In this document: piece after piece, positions 13,539 to 24,476 of the stretch
Layout of the letters: every line of letters begins with the position of its first letter
Numbering within the stretch: the stretch's first letter is position 1
Assembly (NCBI RefSeq): GCF_006345805.1
Contig: NC_043001.1
Coordinates: 126,418,001 to 126,482,000 of the forward strand
Origin: Octopus sinensis
Taxonomy: Eukaryota
Length of the DNA: 64,000 nucleotides
Direction: 5' to 3'
The notes under the pieces: generated by a model
Database searches by the model: none
What the model was told of the DNA's origin: nothing
What the model saw: only the letters and a program-made list of their open reading frames with translations
Program-made: the position numbers and the translations under genes

Positions 13539-13727
13539 TATTTGAAAACGTTATGAAAAAATACCGTTAAAAATGAAGGGAAATTACTCTGTTATAACTC
13601 TGCTTGCCTGCGTACTTATACATCGCTCGCATTTTTCGTCATAAAAATTATATAAAATACATAAAAATATATAAAAATATATAAAAATATATAAAATCTT
13701 CTTGGGACATAACACAGAAAGCATGTT

Positions 13728-15520
13728 CTATCCGTTTTCTTTAGGGGACCAAAAACGTAACAGAAATTTAGTCACATGTGGGCATGATCCGAAAAGCTCT
13801 GTCCTTGTATTTAGACATGTGGTAGGGTCTAAGCTGCTTTTCCAGATAAGCCATCTCTCCATGTCGCATAAACCGCACCTTCCGCTGCCGTTAGTGTAGG
13901 GCTTACATCTGGCCAAAATCTTCCATTGTATGTTATAATCGACACCTTTATCTCTTAAAGACCAAATATGATTGGATAATTGTGTCGCTTTTCTTTTGTT
14001 CCAGTGCCTAAGCTCAAAGTGTGGTTATTGAACCTGGCCTTGAAATTACCCTCTGTCAGGCCCACGTATTTCTTCGTCGAAACGGTGTCTTTAGTGGTTA
14101 TAGAGTTTACGGTAGCTTCATATATGATGGTCTTGGACATGCAAGCTCCATTTAGCGGGCACAATTCTTTATTCCTGCATGAACAGCTATTTTCTTCTTG
14201 TGTTTTTTGTATGTTATGATTGATTATGTTTTTAAAATTGGTAGTTGAACTAAAACTAATTTTTAAATTGTGTCTATTGAAGAGTTTCCTATAAGCATGG
14301 TTAACTGGAAAATGTCTATCTATCAGTGCTAGGAATATTTACCTATATTGAAGGCCACCTCGGGTGAGTAAGGGGGCGTAAACCAGATGACCTTCCTATT
14401 TCTATTATTCCTTTTCCTTACTGTTGGGCTGGTGATAGGTGTATATTTTATTTTTTCGCTAAAACCACTATCTTTTAAAGCTTTATTATAAACTGGGGCA
14501 ACGCTATTGAAGATGTCCTCATTAGATGAGAGGCTAGAAATCCTCTTACTAATATTTTTAACTAAATTTTTGAATACTATAGGGGGATGGCATGAACCTA
14601 CATTAATATAACTTAGTCTATCATTGGGCTTCCTATAAGGCTTATAAAATTATTATTAAGATCTAAGGAAACGTCCAAGAAATTGACAACCGTCAGGTTA
14701 GTGTCTATAGTTATACTAAGTCCGAAGTGTTTCATTAACTGGATAATATCCTTCCTAAAACGATCTTGTGCTGGTCCATTTGTATTAGCTGTTAAGGCGA
14801 GGGCATCATCTTTGTAGATGGCGAAATGTACGTTAGGGAATGTCTTACCGAAGGTATCTAGGAGAAAGAGTCCAATTAGATCACAGATACCTGCCCCATC
14901 ATATGAACCCATGCTCACATCGAAAGCGCCCTCCGTGTCGGTGTTTTTTACCCACTTTGCATTCTCACTGAAAAGTAATGTCTTTCTAGCATGGAAGATT
15001 ATTTCCTTATCATTGGCACTAATTTCTATGAAGTCACTAGCGAAGATTAGGGCTTTATCTAGCAGTTCTTTAGAGATAGAGGCATAAAAATCAACAATAT
15101 CGAATTGTGTAAACCTCGCTTTTTTCTTATTCTTAATAGCTTTAAACCAGTCTACGACTTCTATACTATTGGACCATTGCACTAGCCTAGTATCGGTCTT
15201 AATTTTCGTATTTATTTTATCTAAAATTTCTTTGCTAATAATCCCTAGTTCTGACTTGGCTGGGTTGATAAGCCTACATTTAGGGTTGGAAAGGAAGTTT
15301 TCTTTGTGATCTTTAATAGTAATAAAGGCCTCTTTTTGGGGAAGGTTTCTATTTTTTTATCTAATTTAAGTTTAGCGGCGATGACGCTAGCTTCTTTATT
15401 AATTTCGTTATATGTCTGTGCCCTAGCCTTAGTATAATTATTAGTGATGCTGTTGTGTAAGAGTTGTGTGTATTTGCTGTTATCTACCAGGTATAAGTTC
15501 TTGGTTTTATCCGAAAAAAG
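13728..15520 (-). pseudogene. PLE reverse transcriptase-GIY-YIG endonuclease ORF (partial, frameshifted)
   Basis: ORF-track segments 14613-15182, 13955-14164 and 13728-13916 join into one RT-EN polypeptide across small indels. Confidence 0.85.
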
Positions 15521-15530
15521 TGCTTTTTTC

Positions 15531-16541
15531 GGTTTTACGCCCCCTTACTCACCCGAGGTGGCCTTCAATATAGGTAAATATTTCCTAGCACTGATAGATA
15601 GACATTTTCCAGTTAACCATGCTTATAGGAAACTCTTCAATAGACACAATTTAAAAATTAGTTTTAGTTCAACTACCAATTTTAAAAACATAATCAATCA
15701 TAACATACAAAAAACACAAGAAGAAAATAGCTGTTCATGCAGGAATAAAGAATTGTGCCCGCTAAATGGAGCTTGCATGTCCAAGACCATCATATATGAA
15801 GCTACCGTAAACTCTATAACCACTAAAGACACCGTTTCGACGAAGAAATACGTGGGCCTGACAGAGGGTAATTTCAAGGCCAGGTTCAATAACCACACTT
15901 TGAGCTTTAGGCACTGGAACAAAGAAAAGCGACACAATTATCCAATCATATTTGGTCTTTAAGAGATAAAGGTGTCGATTATAACATACAATGGAAGATT
16001 TTGGCCAGATGTAAGCCCTACACTAACGGCAGCGGAAGGTGCGGTTTATGCGACATGGAGAGATGGCTTATCTGGAAAAGCAGCTTAGACCCTACCACAT
16101 GTCTAAATACAAGGACAGAGCTTTTCGGATCATGCCCACATGTGACTAAATTTCTGTTACGTTTTTGGTCCCCTAAAGAAAACGGATAGAACATGCTTTC
16201 TGTGTTATGTCCCAAGAAGATTTTATATATTTTATATATTTTATATATTTTTATGTATTTTTATATAATTTTTATGACGAAAAATGCGAGCGATGTATAA
16301 GTACGCGGCAAGCAGAGTTATAACAGAGTAATTTCCCTTCATTTTTAACGGTATTTTTTCATAACGTTTTCAAATAGCCAGATAACCGAAGAGATGGTGT
16401 GTTGTGGATTTCCACTTCGGCATCTGAAACTCAGAGTTTTATCTTGACTACCGAGTAATGTAACATATTGTATAGATAAATTTCCTCTATTTACATAATA
16501 TTGAGGTCTCTTTCTTTCTTTTGTTATCTTACCGCTTTATC

Positions 16542-16544
<3 letters not shown>
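15531..16544 (+). mobile_element. Inverted partial duplicate of the same PLE (EN region + pLTR + ~70-bp extension)
   Basis: 15531-16474 is a near-identical reverse complement of 13443-14384. It is followed by GATAAATTTCCTC...TATCAAT and then (TA)n. Confidence 0.9.
16377..16448 (+). ncRNA. Type I hammerhead-like motif, design 1
   Basis: Same motif as 13469-13538: core CCGAAGA at 16386-92, GAAA at 16426-29, GTT site at 16436-38. Confidence 0.6.
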
Positions 16545-16607
<63 letters not shown>

Positions 16608-16617
16608 TATATATACA

Positions 16618-16662
<45 letters not shown>

Positions 16663-17002
16663 GATATATATATATAATATATATACTGTGTACCTATACA
16701 TAAACATTTATGAGAAAGCCATGTGCTTTATTCAATGCGGTAACAATGACTGCGAGGCACCTGCGCGTTTATTTTATATAATTCACACACTTTTATTGAA
16801 TTAAATGCAAAATCAAAGTGATAATTAGGAATGATGTAAATATAAACAAAACACTTGGATACATGTTGTTGCGACTGATGATACAGAAAAATATAAATGC
16901 AAACTAATGACGCTATTTCTATAACCACAGAGTAACCATTCTCTAATATATTGAAGTCGTGGCCGATTAGAAATTGATTAAAAAGGAGTGGCGCATCCCG
17001 TA

Positions 17003-17145
17003 TGAAAAGTTTAGGCATGGATGTGTGGTGAAGGAGTTCAATTTGCAACCAAGTGATTTCAGTTCCACGGACAACTTGGGTACGTATCTTCTACAATAGG
17101 CATGAGTGATGAATGCCTTACGAGTGAATTTGGAAGACGGAAGCG

Positions 17146-17148
<3 letters not shown>
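17003..17148 (+). mobile_element. Degenerate SINE family A 5' half
   Basis: GGCATGGATGTGTGGTGAAG...CTTGGG..TCTTCTAC..TGAGTGAATTTGG..GACGGAA, followed by (TA)n(TG)n as in the other copies. Confidence 0.45.
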
Positions 17149-17226
<78 letters not shown>

Positions 17227-17398
17227 ATATAATACAAAATGGGACGAGAACGCAAAACAAAAACATACAGACAGTTAGATAATACAAACAAGGGGCAACA
17301 AAACATCCATATAGACGATACAAAGAAAACAAGGACGGGTCATTCGGAGTTTTCTTTCCTCAGTCGAGTTCCCGATTATCTTTGCAATTTAAGATATG

Positions 17399-17440
<42 letters not shown>

Positions 17441-17512
17441 CATACACATATATGTATATATATTTTTGAATGTGTGTGTGTGTGTAAAATATAAATGAGT
17501 AACAAAGGTGTA

Positions 17513-17851
17513 CAAGTGTAAATTCCTGTAATTGATCAATTAAATCATTACATCATTACAAAGAAAACCGTTCTCATCAGATGAACCACATAGACCGCAA
17601 ACATAAAGGACAAGTTACATATTTAAACGTATTTATATCATCAATAGATAGCCCCAAAAATTTAGAGAGCGAAATCATTGTAAATATTTGTTCTCTATTG
17701 ATGATATGAATATGTTTAAATATCTAACTTGTCTATTATGCTTGAGGTCTATGCGGTTCATCTGATGAGAACGGTTTTCTTTGTAATGATGTAATGCTTT
17801 CATTGATAAATTAACGGAGTCACTCGAAACGCAGTAATGAATTTACACTTA
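17513..17851. mobile_element. TA-flanked MITE with long (~140-bp) imperfect inverted arms
   Basis: Termini CAAGTGTAAATTC / GAATTTACACTTA with TA on both sides. 17550-17650 matches the reverse complement of 17695-17795. Confidence 0.7.
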
Positions 17852-18199
17852 TAGATTTTTGCGAGTCATTTATATTTTACTCACCTACTGTGGAATCTGC
17901 ACTTTGGAAATATTTGGAAAGTATCTTTATATAAAGTACATGAGTGAACAAACAAAAGCGGATTTATTCACTAAGTTCGCTCGTGCCATCTGCATACACT
18001 GCATGAATGTCGGGTGGAAAAGAATTCTATGTAGAGTTTGATACTCACTTAATATTGTTGAAGTGTGCAAATAATATCGTCCCAACAAGATGCCTCAATT
18101 TAAGTACCTAATTCAAATGAATCTAAATTCTATTTTTTTATATATAATTGTGTGTGTGTATATATATATAAAGTTTTTTTATTCTCTATCTGTTTATTT

Positions 18200-18333
18200 C
18201 CTCATGCTCCTTTTGTTGAAGAGCGTAGGCTCGAAACGTGAAGGACTTTCTCACCTTCCCGGGAGTCAAACTAATATACCTGCTTGTTGTTTATACACCT
18301 GTCTTCGTTTTTTGTTTTTCTGTAAATTTGAAC

Positions 18334-18340
<7 letters not shown>
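18200..18340 (+). mobile_element. Solo 3' tail of the Neptune-like PLE with minimal hammerhead-like motif (design 2)
   Basis: TCCTT-TTGTTGA-A-GAGCGTAGGCTC-GAAACGTG-AAGGA, then a tail homologous to 52400-52540 ending in (TA)n. Confidence 0.65.
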
Positions 18341-18432
<92 letters not shown>

Positions 18433-18439
18433 AAAACGT

Positions 18440-18530
18440 GTACTCCATCAGTTACTACGACGAGAGTTCCAGTTGATGCGATCAACGGAACAGCTTGCTC
18501 GTGAAATTAACGTGAATTAACGTGAATTAA
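18440..18530 (-). mobile_element. SINE family D tail fragment with three tandem copies of AATTAAC(GTG)
   Basis: Shares ATCAACGGAACAGCTTGCTCGTG(A/G)AATTAACGTG with 49110-49146. Confidence 0.4.
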
Positions 18531-18792
18531 CTAGTCGTCTACACACAGAGGGGACAAACTAGGACAGACAAACGGATTAAGTCGATAATGTTTGTTTCAT
18601 AACAAGTCATAATAATTTCTACAAATAGGTACAATGCCTGAAATTTTATCGAGCCCACTGCTTGACTGGTAATTAATTTGTCGACCCTGATAGAATGAAA
18701 TACAAAGTCAAATACGGTTGACGAAATGCCACAAAGCATTGTATATTTCGTAATAACGATTCTTTTCTACTTTAGGCACAAGGTTAGATATT

Positions 18793-19426
18793 TTTGAACT
18801 CAGAATGTAGCGGCAGACGAAATACCTATTTCTTTACTACCCACAAGGGGCTAAACACAGAGAGGACAAACAAGGACAGACAAACGGATTAAGTTGATTA
18901 GATCGACACCAGTACAGAACTGGTACTTAATTTATCGATTTCGAAAGGGATGAAAAGCAAAGTCGACCTCGGCGGAATTTGAACTCAGAACGTAATGACA
19001 GACGAAACACCTATTTCTTTACTGTTCACAAGGGGCTACACACAGAGGGGACAAACTAGGACAGACGAACGGATTAAGTTGATTATAGCGACCCAGGATG
19101 TAACTGGTACTTATTTAATCGACCCCGAAAGGATGAAAGGCAAAGTTGACCTCGGCGGAATTTGAACTCAGAACGTAGCGACAGACGAAATACCCATTTC
19201 TTTACTACCCACAAGGGGCTAAACACAGAGAACAAACAAGGACAGACAAACGGATTAAGCCGATTATATCGACCCCAGTGCGTAACTGGTACTTATTTAA
19301 TCGACCCCGAAAGGATGAAAGGCAAAGTCGACCTCAGCGGAATTTGAACTCAGAACGTAAACGATAGACGAAATACGGCTATGCATTTGGCCAAGCGTGC
19401 TAACGTTTCTACCAGCTCGCCGCCTT
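18793..19426 (-). mobile_element. SINE family C whose body is tandemly amplified (~183-bp period, 3 units plus head)
   Basis: TTTGAACTCAGAA recurs at 18793, 18978, 19161 and 19343. There is a single head (AAGGCGGCGAGCTGG, minus strand) at 19426. Homologous single copy at 33050-33250. Confidence 0.8.
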
Positions 19427-19662
19427 ATGCTGAGTTAAAATGATAAAAAACAATTTTACATTAAACTAAAGAATTACTCAATACTTTTTAAAGTGTACAG
19501 AATTTTTATACTTTTATATTAAAAGCGGTGAGTAAATCCGAAATTTCGGCGTACTGGCTTATGAAGGGCAATATATATATATTCGACGCTTCCGAAGTTT
19601 GTTTGTAAAATTTTGTCGCATTCCAAAAGCTGTTATTATTTAGAACTAAATTTGGTGTCACT

Positions 19663-19734
19663 GGACCGTTTACCTTAATGGTAGAGTACTCAGCCGGTAT
19701 CTGAAGGGCGTGGGTTCGAATCCAAGTAGCCGTC
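19663..19734 (+). pseudogene. tRNA-like sequence (tRNA pseudogene or SINE head)
   Basis: 72 nt with A-box-like TACCTTAATGGTAGAG, stem TCAG/CTGA around a 7-nt loop, and B box GGTTCGAATCC. The acceptor stem pairs poorly. Confidence 0.5.
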
Positions 19735-21297
19735 TGCTGGCAAACCGTGTTTTCCTTTTTCTGTTTTCTAAGGATAAACTACCCAATCTTTCTGCTATTT
19801 TCACGGCTATACTGTGTTCGAAATTTTCATAGATCCTCTCAAGACAAATAACGCTGTATTAAGATGGTGATCAAGATTTTCTTTTTTAGTATTAATACTG
19901 CTGCGCGAACTGGTGTCTCCAAATGTATTAGTTTTATGGAATTTACCAAAGAAGACGTGCACATATTTAACGTAATTACATTGAACCTTGGTGCACATAA
20001 GTCATGTTTCTACTCACTCACAACTCAATTTTCTATCCCTATTTTCATCCAGGTAAAGGATATTTTGAAAACGTGTTTCAAACATAAATATCGTACCTGG
20101 TTTAAATATGTATTTCCAAAGAAAAAAAAAACAATTCTTTTTAAGCACCCAACTTCTCACTCGATACTTTCTGGAACACCTTAAAACAATGCTGCATCTT
20201 AGGTTTAAGAACCGGTATAATAGAGCAATGCCCTCAACCGGCGACAAGTGTAGAAATATGCTCTACGATCGGAACTTAATATCCTTGTCTTTTGTCTTTC
20301 CTTACTATGTTTCACATTTACACATTCACGCATAGAAACCTGCACATTCATGTTTTAAGATATATGTATCCATGTGTGTATGAATTAGAAGCCAAAGTAT
20401 TTGCCCTGCTTGTTCGCCGGTGGGCTACAAATAGCGCAGTGGAGATGACTTTCTCAAAACGCCGAGTATTAAAACACCTGAAATTCATAGACAGTTGAGA
20501 CAACTCGCCCTAAATCCTATTCTGGAGCAATGGACATCGATTTTTCGCCATTTGTGTGGCTTATCAACATCACGTATCGGATACATGTTAATGCCGACGA
20601 CGATGGTATGTATGCATGTATTGTATGTATGTATGTATGTATGTATGTATGTATGTATGTATGTATGTATGTATGCATGTATGTATGTATGTATGTATGC
20701 ATGCATGCATATATTTATGTATATATGTATATATGCATGTGTATACATATTCAACCAATATGTATGCGATGACTAGTGGTGCGTCGTTTAGACAAATATT
20801 TAGAACAACTGAGACGTACATATTCTTTCATGAGAAACCAAGACCAAAACAGCTTCCTATCAATCATCTCCCGGTACAAGACATACACAGGTTTTCTTGT
20901 GGCATTCCCAATCCAATTTAGGTAGATTGTTACTATCTGAGAAATTCTAACGACAGAAATTCTAGTGTATATATATATATAAATTCTTGCATAGTTGTGG
21001 AAGCAGACGTACATGCATACATACACACATGATATGTATATTGTTTTAATCCTAATGATGCATTTACTCGTTATCACGGTTTCTGAAACAATATTTGTGC
21101 AAATAAACAAAAGTTTACTACTAAATATATAAATGTGTTGAGTACATTTCTTCCGTTTCAACATCCAATATACATACATGTATACATATATCTCTATCAC
21201 TGTGTATCTGTATGTATGTATGTATGTATGTATGTATGTATGTATGTATGTATGTATGTATGTATGTATGTATGTATTATGTATGTATGTATATATA

Positions 21298-21351
<54 letters not shown>

Positions 21352-24249
21352 TATATATATATATGCTCACACATTCACACACACATATATATGTATATGT
21401 AAATATATGTATATATATATATATGTGTGTGTGTAGTGTATATACATATATACATGTATTAATATGCGTTTATAGGCACATGTAAATATACACGACTATA
21501 TTAACAAACCTTTGACTTGTGTGTACATGCGAATGTGTGTATGTTTAGTGTACACATGCATACACGCGCAGACACACATAAACACATGCACACACAAACC
21601 TGTATCACATTTGAGATGCCAAGAATTTCCACTTTAATACCACGCAAACTCACACACATGCACACATACACACACGTACTCTATGTCGCTTGATGGTAAC
21701 ACATACGTACACATATACGTTTAAATCTGGCCTTCAGCGACGAAATGAGTTGAAGACGATCCACTGTGAAACGCCTGCCTCCTCCGTATGTTTTTACTAT
21801 ATTACTATGGCAAACAAGTTAGAATCCATTAGTGGAAAGCCCAACAGCGTTAAGGAGACAGCTATTATTTTCCTTCTTCTATGAAGGTGGTGGTAAGTTA
21901 GGGTATAAGGATAAGAAAGGGAACATCTGATGTAAATGCTCATTTGGGTACAACGACAAAAAGGAAAACAAAACCAAACCATATATATATATATAATTAA
22001 ATATGAAAAGCCACAATAACAATAACAACAACATCAACAAAAATAAAAGGAGTAATGTAAAAATAAGAGTCGGATCCCTAAGGAGATGGGTTGTGTAAAC
22101 AATGTTGGAATTCATACGTCTTGGTAGTTGGGTAGAAATTACAGCAACTCCTATTGCGCTCCATGTCGCTCATTTACTCCCCAGGAGTAAAGTAAATAAC
22201 AGGGATGATCATCAATGTTTTCCAGAGTTACGTTGTTGTTGTTCTTCTTCTTCTCCTTGTCGCTGTTGTTTAGCCCAAGGTAAGCGGTGATCGAGCAGGC
22301 ATATTATTAAATGGATTTCCAGTCGTGACCAACTCGTTTTTATCCTAAATTTGTTTTTTTAGATATCGTGTACCTAACATCACATTATTCAATACATTAC
22401 TTTATTTTTTTGTTCAGTTATAAAACTGTGGAGTGTAATGTTTAGAGAAATTTGGCTGTTAGTTCTAGCAGGTCAAGTGACGAGTTAGTGCATAATGGTG
22501 GTCGTGACAAATGAAATAGGACGTAAATTTGAGGGATGTAAATTTATTTAGAGGGAAGTGATAAGGTGTATGAGCGTAACAGCAGCAATTCAACACCACA
22601 TCATATTACCGGGTCAGAACAGGGATAAGGAAAAGTAGGGGAACTCGCTGTCATGGGTATACAACTTGTGTTACAGACAAAGGGAAGTACCCGTGGGTAA
22701 ATAATTACCTTTATCACGAACCGTTCTAGATCTTTCATTGTGCTCCGGTTTATGTAAATGCATCATGTGCACCTCATGTATATGCAGTTTACTTGTAGAT
22801 ACATGTCGTTCGGTCTGCTAGAAATGGCAGCTTAACCTACCCCAAATCCCACTATATAGTTTTAAAAAGTGGAAGGATACATTAGATGATATAGTTTTAT
22901 ATTCTCCGTATCCAACTCTCTCTCACGAAAATGTCGAGATGATCACTGTTGGAATATAGATCCGTTGGATGATAGATCTATTCAAACAGGGTTGACCAAG
23001 CGCTAAAATAGCATAAATAAATAAATAAATGATTAAATTAATCTATTAATTAATTCTCGTACTTATCAGTTCCATGTTGTTGATTTGGCAGAGTCGTTAC
23101 AGCCTTGTTTTATTTGTTCCGGTTATATGAGTCTGAGTTCAAATTCTGCCTCGGTCAACTTTGTCACTCATTTCTTTAAGCTTGATAAATGAAGTGCCAG
23201 TCAAAGTGGTGGAGTTGTGCAATATTAGAGTATCGAAGAGAATATCTTATATTATATATTCCGCCTCTGTACATTCTGAGCTCAGATCTCGACTCCTGAC
23301 CAAAACAGAACACGACGTGAGTCTTGTAATGCCCAAGTATTCCAGCGGATCATTCTCAACGCCAATAAACCAACTGGAAACACGTAATGCATTCACTGAG
23401 TACCACACCACTAGAGACTCTACAGTACCTTACAATTCTGAATTACAATAACAACTCATGCACAACACTCTATGCACCACCATAACATGCTTTTCGACCC
23501 TCACTCTCCATTCTCACCACCAACGCAGTCAAGATGTGGATACGAACTGGAAAGTTGTCCTGGAGCCTGGCAGATCAAGAGGCCTAATTATAATTTAGGT
23601 ATGCTATGGGTGTGCTTATAAGATCCCCCAGTGCATTGCCTTACTTTGGGGGCCTATACTGTTTGTGAGACAGCCTCACCCATCACCACCACCACCACCA
23701 GCATAAGAATCAATGAAGAAACCTCTGCCTTAATGGTTATCTCTATACCTTTTGGCTTGATGTATTTCGCCATCTCACTATCCAGACCCGGACTAATCAT
23801 AAAAAAAAACCTTGTGCTTAGGGCATAGAGAGATGAGATATTTCGGTTTCTGGTGTTGGATTTACCTACGTACAAATAGTAAATTAGAATTTTAAAATAT
23901 GTAGAACATTAATCTAATAATAACTAAATTATTTGCTTATCCTACTTACTGCTATTTCAGTTTATATATATAAAAAAATTAACAGGATAAATTGCATTTC
24001 ATATAATTTTGAGCTCTGATATGGTGATCTGTTGGGTGATGTTGGTGGTAGTTGTGAATGATAATTCAAACGTATGGCATAATGTGATGTGCAGTTGAAC
24101 ATTACTACGTCGTAGCGATGTTGTTGCTATATTGCTCTCATTAAGTTGATCTATCATCAAAAGCACCCCAACCGCGAACATCCTGTATATTTCAAATAAT
24201 AGGCCTCTGACTACCTATCTAATGTCATGATTAATACTGAATAATAAAA

Positions 24250-24301
24250 TTCTTTTTCTTCTACTCCTTCTCTTCCTCTTCTTCTTCTTCTTCTTCTTTC
24301 T

Positions 24302-24340
<39 letters not shown>

Positions 24341-24441
24341 CTTCTTCTTCTTCTTCTTCCTCTCCTTCCTCTTCTTGTTACTCTTCCTCATCTTTCTCTT
24401 CTTCTTCCTCTTCTTTTTCTTCCTCTCCTTATTCTTCCTCT

Positions 24442-24476
<35 letters not shown>

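Larger units (their letters stand above)
13443..15522 (-). mobile_element. Penelope-like retroelement (Naiad-type), 5'-truncated, ending in a hammerhead-containing pLTR
   Basis: RT motifs FITIKDHKENF..NPKCRLINPAKSELG, QFDIVDFYASI, MGSYDGA, IYKDD and VNFLDV. C-terminal GIY-YIG with Cys motifs (IIYEATV...KYVGLTEG.FK.RF.NH...RCGLC). The 3' end runs into (TA)n. Confidence 0.9.

Noticed and set aside
15444-15962. 172-aa plus-strand ORF as a separate gene
   Set aside because: Its N-terminus is the antisense of RT read across the inversion junction. The rest is the duplicated PLE C-terminus.
16875-16889. CTGATGA-TACA-GAAA hammerhead core
   Set aside because: No stem I or III and no UH site.
17341-17363. 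Minus-strand CTGAGGA...CCGAATGACCCGTC motif
   Set aside because: GAAT replaces GAAA and the stem III register fails. At best a decayed relic.
18793-19426. Regularly spaced repeats suggestive of a CRISPR array
   Set aside because: Whole 183-bp units are homologous, with no unique spacers. They derive from a SINE, and the context is eukaryotic.
19663-19734. Functional tRNA-Thr(GGT)
   Set aside because: Poor acceptor stem and C at position 33. Kept only as a tRNA-like pseudogene or SINE head.
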